NCBI GenBank assembly: GCA_903813345.2
Contig: CAIIXF020000001.1
Coordinates: 9,362,001 to 9,426,000, forward strand
DNA: 64,000 nt
Source: Owenia fusiformis
Taxonomy: Eukaryota
Reading direction: 5' to 3'
Positions 40,443-53,485 of this stretch are shown here, piece by piece; the first letter of the stretch is position 1; the number at the start of each line of letters is the position of its first letter. The position numbers were made by a program, and so were the translations under genes. The notes beneath the pieces are model-generated. The model was not told the origin of the DNA and ran no database searches. It saw only the letters and a list, made by a program, of their open reading frames with translations.

Positions 40443-43400
40443 AAAGATGGCTAACTTCCGCTTTAAAACCTACCCAGGCCGACTAAAAGATGCCTCACTT
40501 CCGCTATGATGTCATCCTCTTGCCCAGACAGATGCAAAATGGCTGACTTCCTGCTAGAAAGCTTCAAAATGGCCGACTTCCGGTTAAATGGCTGACTTCC
40601 GGGCTGACTTCCGGTTAAAATGGCTGACTTCCTGTCAAAATGGCTAACTTCCGGAACGTATAGTCGTGGGGTAGGGCGTCCGTTACCCTTAGGGCCCGAG
40701 ATTCCCGAAATATGTACACGCCACCACGCCGAGGGGGGAGGGGTGGGGTCCCCGTATGTGCCTCCCGAGCTCAGGGAGGCTCACAGATGTCCCTCCCCAT
40801 TGGAGCCCATGTTAGGGAGGGTACTATGAAAAATCGTGTCCCTCCCCATAGGACTCAATGTTAAAGGTGCGTCAGAACTCTCGTTTCTGTAACTACTGTG
40901 AATCTTCATTACCTATCTGATACATATTTTCCTCAGCAAACTTCATTTTCATAGAACACATGATGAATCTTTTATTCCACATTCTCAATTTTGCATCAAT
41001 CATTCAATTATGTTTCAAGGATTTTTTCCCTGGCTCACTATGAAGGATTCCATTGACATTAAAATATGTCATGGGAAAGTAGGTCATAAGAAAGAGGAAC
41101 ACTGAGTTCCACCCATTCTAATGATGCAGGTTTTGTGCTAATTTTGAATATCTTTATGGTACTTTTACAGGTAATGGGCTAATGGCTTTAGCAAATTGCA
41201 GAAATGTTAAAGTTAGTTTTTTGGTCAAAGTAGATTGTGAAATCACTAAAGATAAGTCATGAATCTTATATCATAAATGTGTTTTAAATCAACTTGTTTA
41301 CCTGAAAATAAAATGTGATCACAGCTTTTCTGAACATGCGGATGTACCCGAATGGTGTCTTATTCATAATGTAATAAATGAAATCATTGTGGTATATATG
41401 TGGAGTCTATTTCCCTTATAATAATACATTTACTTTAGTACATGGATTCTCTCCTAATATTATTTCCTTATAAATATTCAAACTTTAATCAAAAGCAGTT
41501 TCAAAATTATCGTATATTGTATTTCACCTAAAATATCGTATATGGTAAAAGAGCTGTGAAAAATATTGTATATGGTATAAAAGGGGTGAAAAAATATTGT
41601 ATATGGTATAAGAGAGCTGAAAAATATTGTATATGCATTTCCAAGACCCTCTATACACCCCCCCCCCTATCTTGCATGACTCGTTCATAAGAATTCTTTA
41701 ATTCTACCTCTTTCCCAATACGTCCTCAGACAGACAAGAAATTGAACACCCGTTTGTTTGCGTGACAGAATATGCCACGCTAAATACGTATACGCACTTT
41801 CTCTGATTATTGTCAAGCAAATACCTTTTAGGAGAAGAACATAAAAAATGCCGGAAACGAATGCCGACAAATAAATCCAAATTGATGAAGTTTAGAATGT
41901 TTTTTTTACGATTTGATAAGAGACAGAGACTAAGAAATTAAATGCGACGAAATATTCTGACAACGTTAAAGTTCTATGCGTTAACTCATTTTATCTGTTT
42001 CAAAATGTTTCATTTTATTTTGCTTGTAAAAAAGAGATTGAATAAGATAAAATAAACTATTCCGTAATATATATTGTGTTTTAATAACCTTTTTAGAATC
42101 ACAATGTAAAATAAATCCCCCGTTCCTGCCATTTTGGTAATTACACCATATAATGGGTGCAATTCAAAGTGAGAGATCTATGAACATCAGAATGCGTCCA
42201 TCCCATTAATTTGGCCAAATACAGTACATGGCATGAAACTGGCGTAAGCTTAAGTACGTCCCCCCTTTCTCTGGTAAATTATGACTATAATACACGTGTA
42301 CACTTTCCCCTCGTGATAAAGGTGCATCTAATTCAGCTAGTAATCTAAAACTTCCTTTGGAGCTGCTCCATGGAGTTAAGTTTTACTATGCAAAAGGACA
42401 AGTCAGAATTTATGCAGATAAAAAGGTTATGCAACATTATGTCTGTATGTGGGTGGGTAGCATTTTGTTTAAATTTAAATGATGACATTGAATGTTAAAA
42501 AGTTTTATCTCAAGAGATAGAACCATATAGCAATAACTATCTTTTTCAAATGAAGGACATAGAGCCTTATTGCATTAGAATTCTCCTATTTCTGTTGGAG
42601 ATACAGCTTTATAACCTTAATCTTTGGAAAGAGCATGGTGAAAATTACATTTTCTTCATTTCTTATCTCAATTCCAGACTCATATAATTGGAATGAATGA
42701 ATCAAGTAACGATGATTTTTCTGAATTTTCTGAAACTGGCGACACCTCTTTGAAAGGCTGTACAAAATAATATATCGTTCAAGATGGGTTTTGTTTATCA
42801 CTTTCTCTTAGAAACACACGGTGACGAAGTAAAGTCGTTTGGAAATTGAATAAAATGTGATAAGAAGTACCTAGAAACATGACTTGGAAATTGAAATTCA
42901 AAACGGCGACAGTAATGATCGAATGATTCATTTGGACTCTTTAAAGCCCTGGTAAAAATACATTAATGAAATTCTCATTAAAAAATGAGCGTTCACATAC
43001 GGCCTTGGGGTTATTGATGAAATATATAAAGAAGTTAAAGGTACACCACTAATTTTTTCCGAGATAACATACGGCGACATCAAATGGGACTTTTTTTGAA
43101 TTCAACGTGAACGCGTATGAAACAAGCTAGGGACGTGCTGACATTTATTTAAGGAATCAAATGGCCACGAATGATTCGCTGTAAATGTAAAATTTTTGTG
43201 TCTTTTGGGGACAACAAACTTTCGGAGAGTTCGGTGAGGGTCTAGGGGTGAGTGTATGACTGTATTGATTTTTATATCCCCAGTAAGTCCGAATCCGCCG
43301 GTTAAAGATTGTGGGATCCACAGCCTGTACTATCTCTTGGAACAGGCATTAGGTAAAGGAACATATATTCGGTGAAGAGAGGCTCTGGTAAATCAAGATG

Positions 43401-44736
43401 TACAAACTATGAAAATGAGCGGATTCTATTTTTAGAAAAAATTCAAACTACGTACCTTAAACAAAGACCTTTTTATTCTAACACGTCTGAGGAAAACAAA
43501 TTCCTTTATATCGTGTCATACAAATCAAATATGGATGAAGTATTTTCGGAATTAAGCTACGGCCGCCGCCCACTCGCCTTAGAGCAAATTTGACTTGAGG
43601 CACTTCACTGAAACCAGGTGTAAAAGGGTAGGTGGTCCTATCAAATTTTGGTCCTACTCTCTATTGATTTATATGGTGACCTAATTACAACTATTTTCCT
43701 TATTATTTATACACAGTCAGGGCCAGTAAGGGCCGCTAGGAGAGGGGACCATAATCCCCAGGGGACCATAATTTCTTTCACACCGGTGAACCTGAAAAGC
43801 GGCAAATTCAGGTCTTGCTGTCCGTGCCCGGGTGTCCGTGCAAAATGAATGGAATCGCGAAAGGAATAGTTCATTGCCGGATGAGCCAAATATTTAGCAC
43901 AATTTAACCTTGTTCAATGTATATTCATTCATCTTTCATTGGTCTATACCTTGTGGTCACAATTTTATGGATATTTACAACAGATGATAATAATACCGAA
44001 ATGTGCCTCACTCACTGGAGATAAATCTGTGAGGCTAATGTCTACACTAACAACCCTTGAAACAGGGCAAGAGGAAAAATGATCGAGAGCCATTACACAA
44101 GATGTCTGTGTCTTTGTAGTGAACAACTTCACCCGAAAGAATCCACTTTGCCTCCAGACACAACGCCCCGGCACAACGTCAGGATTTTACAGCAGCTTTT
44201 GTAAAATGACCATGAAACCCTGGCCTTGGCCATTGGGGATAGACCAATGAAAGAGAATGAAAGAACATTTAACAAGTTTAATTGTGCCAAATATGACCGT
44301 AACCCATGCTGAATACCGAATTATAAACATTTGTTTGGGTTACCTTTTTTGTCTCATTATGTAATTCAAACCTCACTTACAATCTCTCTCGGGTACAGCT
44401 TTTTCAGTAATGAATGAAATAATGGTGTTATCTGTCAGTTTCAGTTGTAAGTATTATAATCGTTAACATACATATATAAGTAAAATAATGTGCTATGCTA
44501 TGCATCCCTCACATACAGTACTATTAAGTATTCCATTCTTTAGAAAGATAATATATCATTAATAAATGGCTGACTTAGAATGTTTTTGCTTTGCCTTGTT
44601 GGAGAAAATGAGAAATAGATTAAGAAATAGATACACTAAAAAACATGAGATCGCCTGACCCAAATCACAAGTTGGCAAGTACATGTATGTCTTTAAACCA
44701 AATCGATTCAAATAATGACTTAACAGTTTGCACAGA

Positions 44737-45234
<498 letters not shown>

Positions 45235-45502
45235 TTATGTTTTAATAGATGTACCAAGTATATTCAATTCAATGAACCACACAAAAGATAATGCGAAATA
45301 TAAACTCATATCTTATTTTGCAGTTATAGCCTATATAGTATAGAATCAATTGCTATTTAATGGATCACAAAAAAGAAAATGTGAAAATAATTTTATTTCT
45401 TATTTTACACATTTATAGCTTATAGTTTAGTTTAAATTCAATGCTTTTCATGCTATTAATACTTGAAGTGAATGAAATGTGAAATGCAAAAGATTTTTCT
45501 GA

Positions 45503-46198
45503 TTGAGAAATAATGCACAAGAACATGCCTCAGGAGACATCTCAAATGACACTAAAATCTATCTCGATAATTTGTTCAAACGCTACTTCACAGATATGAA
45601 AAGCGAGATTGAGAAAGCTGTCGTAGAAGTGAGTGAAAAAACGGACAAAAGACTAAACGAAATCGAAACTGAAAACAAGAAACTTAAGGATGATATAAAA
45701 GCAGTGAATGTAAAGTTGCAAGAACTCACTATTGCAATGAACGATACTGCCCAACAAACCCGAAAAAGTAGCGTACGTGTGTTTGGTATCCCGGAAAACA
45801 ATTCTGAAAATCGTGAAGACTGTGCAGAAGTTGTCTATGAACACCTCAAAACTAAGATCCAAAACTTTTCACCTGGGGACATCGAGGTTGCTCATAGAGT
45901 CCCAGGAGGCAAACCTCAGATTTCTAACCGTTCAAAACCACGCCCGATATTGGTGAAGTTTAAATTCAGAGGCGTAAAGGACGTTGTTATCCGACAGAAA
46001 AAGGCACTTAAGGGATCTGATCTGCGTGTGTATGAAGACCTTACTCCAGCAAACAGGAAACTTCTTTATGAGCTCAAACAGCATGATGGTATATCCCAAG
46101 CCTGGACTGTAAATGGAAAGGTGTTGGGTAAACTCGCCCGAAATGACAGTATTGTACAGTACACCGTAGGAGATCTTCCCCTTGGACCGAATCTCTAA
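45503..46198 (+). CDS. LINE ORF1-like protein (coiled coil + L1-type RRM/CTD), no ORF2 downstream
   Basis: RKSSVRVFGIPE, DIEVAHRV, PRPILVKF, VYEDLT, AWTVNGKV motifs; the listed start codon is TTG. Confidence 0.75.
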   Translation: MRNNAQEHASGDISNDTKIYLDNLFKRYFTDMKSEIEKAVVEVSEKTDKRLNEIETENKKLKDDIKAVNVKLQELTIAMNDTAQQTRKSSVRVFGIPENNSENREDCAEVVYEHLKTKIQNFSPGDIEVAHRVPGGKPQISNRSKPRPILVKFKFRGVKDVVIRQKKALKGSDLRVYEDLTPANRKLLYELKQHDGISQAWTVNGKVLGKLARNDSIVQYTVGDLPLGPNL

Positions 46199-48216
46199 CA
46201 AACCAATCTTACAAAATGCCCTAGAAATGGACTATACAGTATGTACATACACTGTATGCTCCTGTAAAATCTTGAAACTTACGGCTTTTAGATGTGAATT
46301 TTCTGAAGCCAAAATAGCTGGAAATTTCTAGCTTGTGACTTAAAATGACATATTGATTTGTCCTCATTAAGAGCATTCAAAAATAATGGATGTCTGTATT
46401 TATCTAATAAGCAAACAAGTGATTTGTACATACACAACGAGAAACACTATATAATAAACATCAATACGACGAGATAATAGATTTATTATCCAAATTGAAT
46501 AATAATTAATAAGATCAGTTACTGTTGAATAACATTCTGCCCGGGATTTGTTATTAATCATATAGAAATGTCTTATCCGAACAGCTTACATGTACGTATT
46601 ATCCGTTGCGGCCATTAACAATTTTACATATCTAATTAGCTAAGTAAATAAACATGCGTCGACACAGTCGCAGTTGACTATGAAAAGTTCAATCATCAAT
46701 CTTATTTTTATTTTCTTGATTTAAAGATTTATTATGTTTAGAAAAGAAAATGTTTGATTCTCAAGTTCAACCTTTAATTCTTATTATCAAGAACGCGCAT
46801 GCAAATTCGCCAACCATGTACATTGTTTGCAGTCTGCGCAATTTAATGTAAATCATTGTACATTTTTCGATATACTGTAATACTATTCATTATTTGTAAA
46901 ATTGAACCGAATATAATCTAAAATTAATCAGCTTTAAATATAATGATTATATGTCATAAAAGTTGCCTTAAAACAATACAATTCGTGCGTTTGTAAATGC
47001 TCTAAAGCCCCGCTAGTATATGAACGAATCCTAAATAGAAATGAGTAAAATTCGTTCCCATTAGTGTGTACACGTTCTACACCGAGACTTCTCCTTTAAA
47101 TCAAATCAGTCCACTAGTATGAGTTAAGAATGGACAGAGGGACGGATGGCTTCATTCAATGGGATAATTAAGATATTTCAAAACCAGTGTCATTCTTCTA
47201 TGCATACATCACTCCAATCATAACATAAAACAAGCTGTTTATTTTAAAACTATTCTTTACGAATTTATGATAAGTGTATAATGTTCAATCATACAAATCG
47301 CAGTCAGTGATTGTTCTCCACACTCACCCCTCCCCCTTCCTGACATGAACTATTTTGTAAAACCATTGACAGTGTGGAAAGGATTCTTACACTCGAGTGT
47401 CAAGGGGGAGGGGCAGTTACAGAAATATACTAGGCGATGGTTCAAATTGGACAATTTTCAAAACTGCTCAACATGGTGAAAACTTCACGTTTTTAAAGAA
47501 TGCTTGCCCGGCGAGTGGTTTGCTCTGGATTGCGAGAGAACAAAAACTTTGAGTTGGGATTTTTCCTAATACTATCATTAATCTAAACAACTTTTTAAAC
47601 CGTCTCTGACTACATGTCATGCCAATTAATACCATTATTGTGTTGACAGGATTAAATATGATATCTATGGAATTATAATTTAATAGTCAATAGTTCAATA
47701 GTCTAAATGATAATAAGTTCATAATTTAGTCTTGGCTGACTAGTCTTGCATCATCAGAGTTGGATTGCAAATACCTCCCTAAATCAAATATTTAAAATTT
47801 ACAAATTTGCTAGTGTACGGGGTGGGGAAACAAGTCTCCATCTAACCACTAAAGTTTAAAAGGAAGACTATAGTGTCCCGTGAATTCATTATAAGTATCT
47901 TAGACAATAGTGAAGCGGTACAATCATTGGAGTGTTAATTAATCGGAATGCAAGTTTGATTTAAAATAACTCCTTTGGATCAAATATTTAAATTCTACTA
48001 GAATGCGGGGAGTAATCTATGTGTATATTGGCTCCCTTCCAAAGGTGGGAAAACCAGATGCAGGCATAGACATTGACAAGGTGAGGGGATTTAAATATAA
48101 AAATAGTTTGTTTTTGGCTCCGACTTATATATTTTGGCACTGTTTAACGAAGCCGGTTTAAGGAATGAGAGGCAGAAATAATTCCTAGAAATAAGATGGC
48201 CTCATCGCGATAGCCG

Positions 48217-48294
48217 TACCCTGCGTGCAGAGTCTAGTTAAACTAAGAAAACGAAGCTCTGTTAAGAAGTGAAGTCAAACGAATGCAAAGGGTA
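48217..48294. mobile_element. 78-bp TACCC-ended micro-MITE
   Basis: 9-bp TSD CGATAGCCG; reverse orientation relative to the other copies. Confidence 0.8.
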
Positions 48295-51100
48295 CGATAG
48301 CCGCGACCCCTTTGTCTTTATCCTTCCACAATCGGCAGATAAGAGTGGCTCTGGCATACCAAAATGAGATGGCCTGTCTTTACTGTAATCAAGATATGGT
48401 ACCTAACCGCAGTTATTTTGGTTTTATAACGGGGATATTGCTCGAGCTTGAATAACAAATAAAAGGCATGTTCTAATTTTTGTATTTGACCTTTGATTGT
48501 GTATTAAGTTGAGCTGCACGCCAAACGTTAAGATTGTTAAAACGCTTAAAATAAAACTTTATTCCTCTCAATTTACATAAAAATGAAACAGATTAGATTC
48601 GAATCTCAGTCACACCAGCACCACTGGTCAAAGGAAGTACAAATATCTATATTAATCAAATGTCTGAGAATTTGATAACTGTCTGGGATCCAATGTTAAT
48701 TTTATTGAATCAAACTAAGAAAAGTATAAAGATGAATTTTAAACGTTTAGAGGGAAAAGTCAAATATGCATTGTAGCCCTAAAAATAATTCATTAAAGTG
48801 TCGTACACATTTCATAACATTTATATAAATAAAACAAATAAAGCACAACCCTAATGCCCTAATGAATTCATATCGGCGCTAAACGGCCCTTGCAATAAAA
48901 ACGCATCGAAGCAGGGAATGCTTGGAAAATTCTTCCGAGACTGACTTTTGTTATTTCAAAATTGAAATATGCCTAATTCCTATGAACACGCGATCTTTTT
49001 CCCTGGGTTTTACTCTATTTTAGATTTACTAGAAAAATGTTTATATGATGATTGCATTTGCTTCTCACGAGTTCATTGAAACGTTCAGTCGTAAAACTTT
49101 AGAGATCAAAAGACTAATTAGGCACCTGATTGCGAAAGTTTGATCGCATTTCGATCGCCGGGATTTTACAAACGTATTGTTTAAGTAGCGATCGTGTTCT
49201 TGGGATCTTGATAACTTCCTATTTTAAGTTTTGGGTTGAAAGCAATAAGTATGTCGGACTTTCTCAAGTCCACATAATGAAACAATATCCCTTTATATTA
49301 GTCCAATCGGAATTTGCATAAACATACCAGTTTTATATTGCAAAAAGAACTGTAATTAATAGCCTACATAAAAGCATCATGATAAATAAAACATTAAAGC
49401 ATATATAAAGCCTATTGTTATCGCACCCATCGCACCCCCCCCCCCTCCTGGCTACGCCTATGGATATTTTGGCAACTTTCACGTTTACCCCGCCCCCTAA
49501 TAATTCTTGCGCCCCCTCTAAATATCAGACCCGTCAGGCGTTGAGGCATGGATCAGGATACCCTGACTCCCAAGCTGTGCGACTTCTGGCAACCGCTACA
49601 CCTATATTCCCGGGAAAAACGCTTTTAGAAAAATTGTCAAATATGGTTGTGTGTGGGCAAACACGGAGGAGGAGGAGAGGGGTGCGTGCATTGTGTGCGA
49701 CCCTTCATCAGTTGTGTACCTTATTTTTTGTATGAATTTCTTCCGAATAATTATGCTAGAGGGGTTCTGATATTTATTTCTGTTTTCAAATGAAATAATT
49801 TCACCTTTGCCCGACTGACTTGTAGATAATGCACGAATCAAATAGCATGGAGATCAGATAATCAGGTTGATTCGTATTTTCGCAATCAGATGAATTAACG
49901 TATTGTTTTCTCTGATTAAAAGGCGGTTTGGAGCTACTTTTACAGGATTTGTAAATTCGCAATCAGACTGGCTTATTTTAATATTTAGTCAGTGCAAGAG
50001 GAGGGGACTATAATGTAGAAAATTGTTTTGATTTCGACACTAACTGAATAATTTATCACAATTGTTAAATAAGCAAACAGAAACAGGTTTAAAAATGAGA
50101 ATAGAGGCAAAAAAGTCTATGCATAAAATGTAATTAAAACCCGGGAATTAAAAGCAATTTTAGACTGTTAGACAATCTCTTCTGTAATCAAGGTGATGTT
50201 GGTACACTTCCGCCGTTAGAAAAACAAAGACTAAGACAAAGACTATATAGCAATTAATCCTTTTGTAATCATTAAATGTTAGATTCTTATTATTTTGTTG
50301 GACAATGTTCAGACTTCTGACCAAGATTAAATCATTTATGTTTGTATTTAAAAAATAGTATTTCAATCAGACAGACGTTCTAATGAGTTAGAAAAATACA
50401 TTTGTCCATTTCCTCTCAAGAAGTTTTCAAAGGTAATCAAGTCGATTTGTTTGAGTGTTTAGCATTGTTTTTCATAACTTGACGCTTCCATGAACAGAAT
50501 GACTTTGAAATGAGTTTTTATAATTTTAGCTTTTATATGGATATGCTTATTGTATATTTCTATATGAACGTTGTAGTTATGTGATGTAACATCCCCCCCC
50601 CCCAAATTACAGGTATACAAATTTTGGTCGGAATGCATTAACTTGCAATTAAAAGCAATTTTAGACTGTTAGATGATCTCTTATGTAATCTAGGTGATGT
50701 TGGTAAACTTCCGCATTTAAGAAAACAAAGACTAAGACGAAGAGAACTAAGCAATTAATCCTTTTGTTATCATTAAATGTTAGATTCTTATTTTTTTATT
50801 GGACTATATTAAGACTTCTGTCTCCGATTGTTATGCAGGTACGGTATGTGTATAAAATCATATGAACAACATTATCTTGGAAACTCCCATATTCATTCTC
50901 ATAATGTCTTACATCTATTTCGCAAATGACATAAACAACATGTGGACATAATATTGCAGAACTGAGCGAAAAGAAAGGTGGAACAAATCAGATTAAGATA
51001 TCTTATTTTTGAAATGCACAAAGGGCAACAGTTGAAGAACAAAAGTTAAAGGCGTTGTGAAATAGATCGTGCTTTTATATGATCCCGTTCTATAGTACCC

Positions 51101-51184
51101 TACCCTTTGCATTTGTTCGACTTCACTTCTTAAATGAGTGTTTCGTCTTCTCGTAGTTTATAATTAGACTCTGCACGCAGCGTA
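51101..51184. mobile_element. 84-bp TACCC-ended micro-MITE
   Basis: 9-bp TSD ATAGTACCC/ATAGTGCCC (one mismatch). Confidence 0.7.
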
Positions 51185-52553
51185 ATAGTGCCCCTATTTT
51201 CCATGTTCAGGGGCTTAGCCAACTTTCAGTCGGGGGGGGGGGGGGGGGGGGGCGGGGGGGGTGCGATCGCCAAAAAACAATAACGGTTTTCAGTCGGGGG
51301 GAGGGGGTTGCGATCGTGGCAAAAGCAAGCCAAAAGATGCAACTTCCTTCAAAATTGAGCTTGAAGCTTCTATCTCTTCTTCTATTTCTCTTTAACAATC
51401 AAGACAAGAAGCAGATGCCCCAGAAGTATTTTGTTTATTTTTTGAAAAAGAAGAGGTTCAACACTAGTTTATATCTTTTAGATAATATACTACAAAAATG
51501 AAACCGGCAATTTTAACAAGTGTCCCCTCTACTTTGATGTGTGAAACCTCATTTGATTTTTCATCAGTTATGACTTGGTAACATTTGCTCCGATTTTCAT
51601 TACGGCGCCCGGCCGATTGAGTATTTTGTTCAGAATTGAATACAATTTTGAACAAAATACTCATCGGCCGGGCGCCGGTGCTGAAAATCTGAGCAAATGT
51701 GACCACGGCATTATAAAAGCATACTCTTTAATACACGAACAGATTCAAAATGAGACTTTATCTATCAGAGAAATAAAAATGGAAAATTTGTATTCTGAAA
51801 ATATTAACTGATGCATTGGTTAGTATTAAATATTAAGTTTTACAGTTGGAAACCTCAAGGGGCGGGAAATTTGATTAAACAAAAGGCCGGATTAATATGT
51901 GGACAACTTGCAAATGAAATGTAAGTAACATGACAGAACGAGTATGTACGCCCAATAAATACTTTTATAGTTTTAATGTGCATTCAAAGGACCCCGTTTG
52001 TAAAATTGATAGAAATGAATAGTTTTATTATCGGAATAAAACTGAGAAATATCTACCCGATTCGCCAGAATAGTCATCATCACATCAGTGCGAAAAATTA
52101 GCTATATTTATTTTCTATGCGATATACACTTGATATTGATAGCCTTCCACGATCATGGTCCGTTGACATCATCAACCTTGTGATTTGCCATAAGTGATTT
52201 ACCAACATTTTTTTTATTAAAAGTCGGGGTTGACGTTTCTTGACTTTTCACATTGACATCAAAACAAAACATAATTTGAAAATAAAAGGCATAAAATGGC
52301 CACTAAAAGTACATTTTTGAACAAAAGTATCAACTTATATTACACTGCACGCAAATACAAATTGAAAAGAACGTCTTCCTGGAGATTGAAATACGGATCG
52401 GTAAGTCAACAAATCTAACTGTTAAATAAACAAGCTTAGCCTATGTCTGCGATTGTTTGTCTGAGTGGCCAGATGTTATCCGTTTCGGATAATAAATTTC
52501 TGAGAATACTACTGATATCTAGAATACATCTTCCGTGATATTTTTCATAAAAC

Positions 52554-52635
52554 TACCCTTTGCATTCGTTTGACTTCACTTCTTAAAAGAGAGCTTCGTC
52601 TTAGTGTAGTTTAACTAGACTCTGCACGCAGGGTA
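52554..52635. mobile_element. 82-bp TACCC-ended micro-MITE
   Basis: 9-bp TSD TCATAAAAC. Confidence 0.8.
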
Positions 52636-52869
52636 TCATAAAACAGGCATCTTAGCTGCAATTTTGAATAATAGCGTAATTCATAGCACAATATAAATTA
52701 ACCCGCCTCTGTTTAATTCAAATATGCATTACCCTTAAGATTTATATACTTAGACACCTTTTCATTCTTGATTCGAATTTTTATCTTGTCTTCATCTAAA
52801 TTTGTGGATTAATAACAGTTTTTAGTATACAAATTGAACATACAAAATGTAACGCATTGATTACACGTT

Positions 52870-53110
52870 ACAGTGGCGTAGCCAGCTTTCAGTCGGGGGA
52901 GGGGGGGGGGTGCGATCGTGGCATAAAAAATGTTTTTGAAGATTTGTTTTGAATTTTACAAAAATTGGTGCAACTTCGTTCAAAATCGAGCTAGAAGCTT
53001 CAAATAAAAAGCATTTTAAGACTTTTTTCTTCTATCTAATGGTTCTATTTTCATTGGTTATGGAGGGGGGGGTGCGATCGCACACATCACATCCCCCTGG
53101 CTACGCCTAT
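52870..53110. mobile_element. hAT-like MITE (CAGTGGCGTAGCCAG...CTGGCTACGCCTATG)
   Basis: Terminal IR; partial copies near 49420-49462 and 51208-51330; TSD not evident. Confidence 0.5.
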
Positions 53111-53485
53111 GCGCTATATTAATATAACAAGGTTATCATATCATGCCAATAGTTAGATGGTTAACTAATATTAACACAAAATAAATAATACACGATAATT
53201 AAAAAAATAAACCTCGGTATTCGGGCCTAAAATCCAAGGATACGTGTACCATTACTTAAGTGTAAGCTGCAATACCATATCGAATACCTGTACCATTACT
53301 CAATAATAACCACTAGTAAGACCATAATAACAAGCTTAATAACTAGCTTATCGCAAGTTATTCAATACGATTTTGTCTTGTGATAGTGCCTGCCGTGCAC
53401 TTATTTGTTTACATTCTGAACAAAAGCTGAGGCGCGTGAGAAAATTTCTGACGTCACTTCCGCCATGCCTCTACAGTTTTTCAAA

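Larger units (their letters stand above)
36514..40897 (-). mobile_element. Miniature Maverick/Polinton (4,384 bp) encoding only integrase and ATPase
   Basis: AGTAGT...ACTACT termini; TIRs 36514-36746 / 40665-40897 (233 bp, one mismatch seen); 6-bp TSD GTGAAT (36508-36513, 40898-40903). Confidence 0.95.
28960..41667. mobile_element. G-ended TIR element whose two halves bracket ~12.4 kb of other DNA
   Basis: (G)nTGTATAGAG / CTCTATACA(C)n ends, the same ~30-bp subterminal repeats in both halves, TATCTTG on both sides. Confidence 0.5.

Noticed and set aside
50140-50820. ~180-bp diverged direct repeat about 500 bp apart, as LTRs
   Set aside because: No TG...CA ends, PBS/PPT or TSD seen; more likely an old local duplication.
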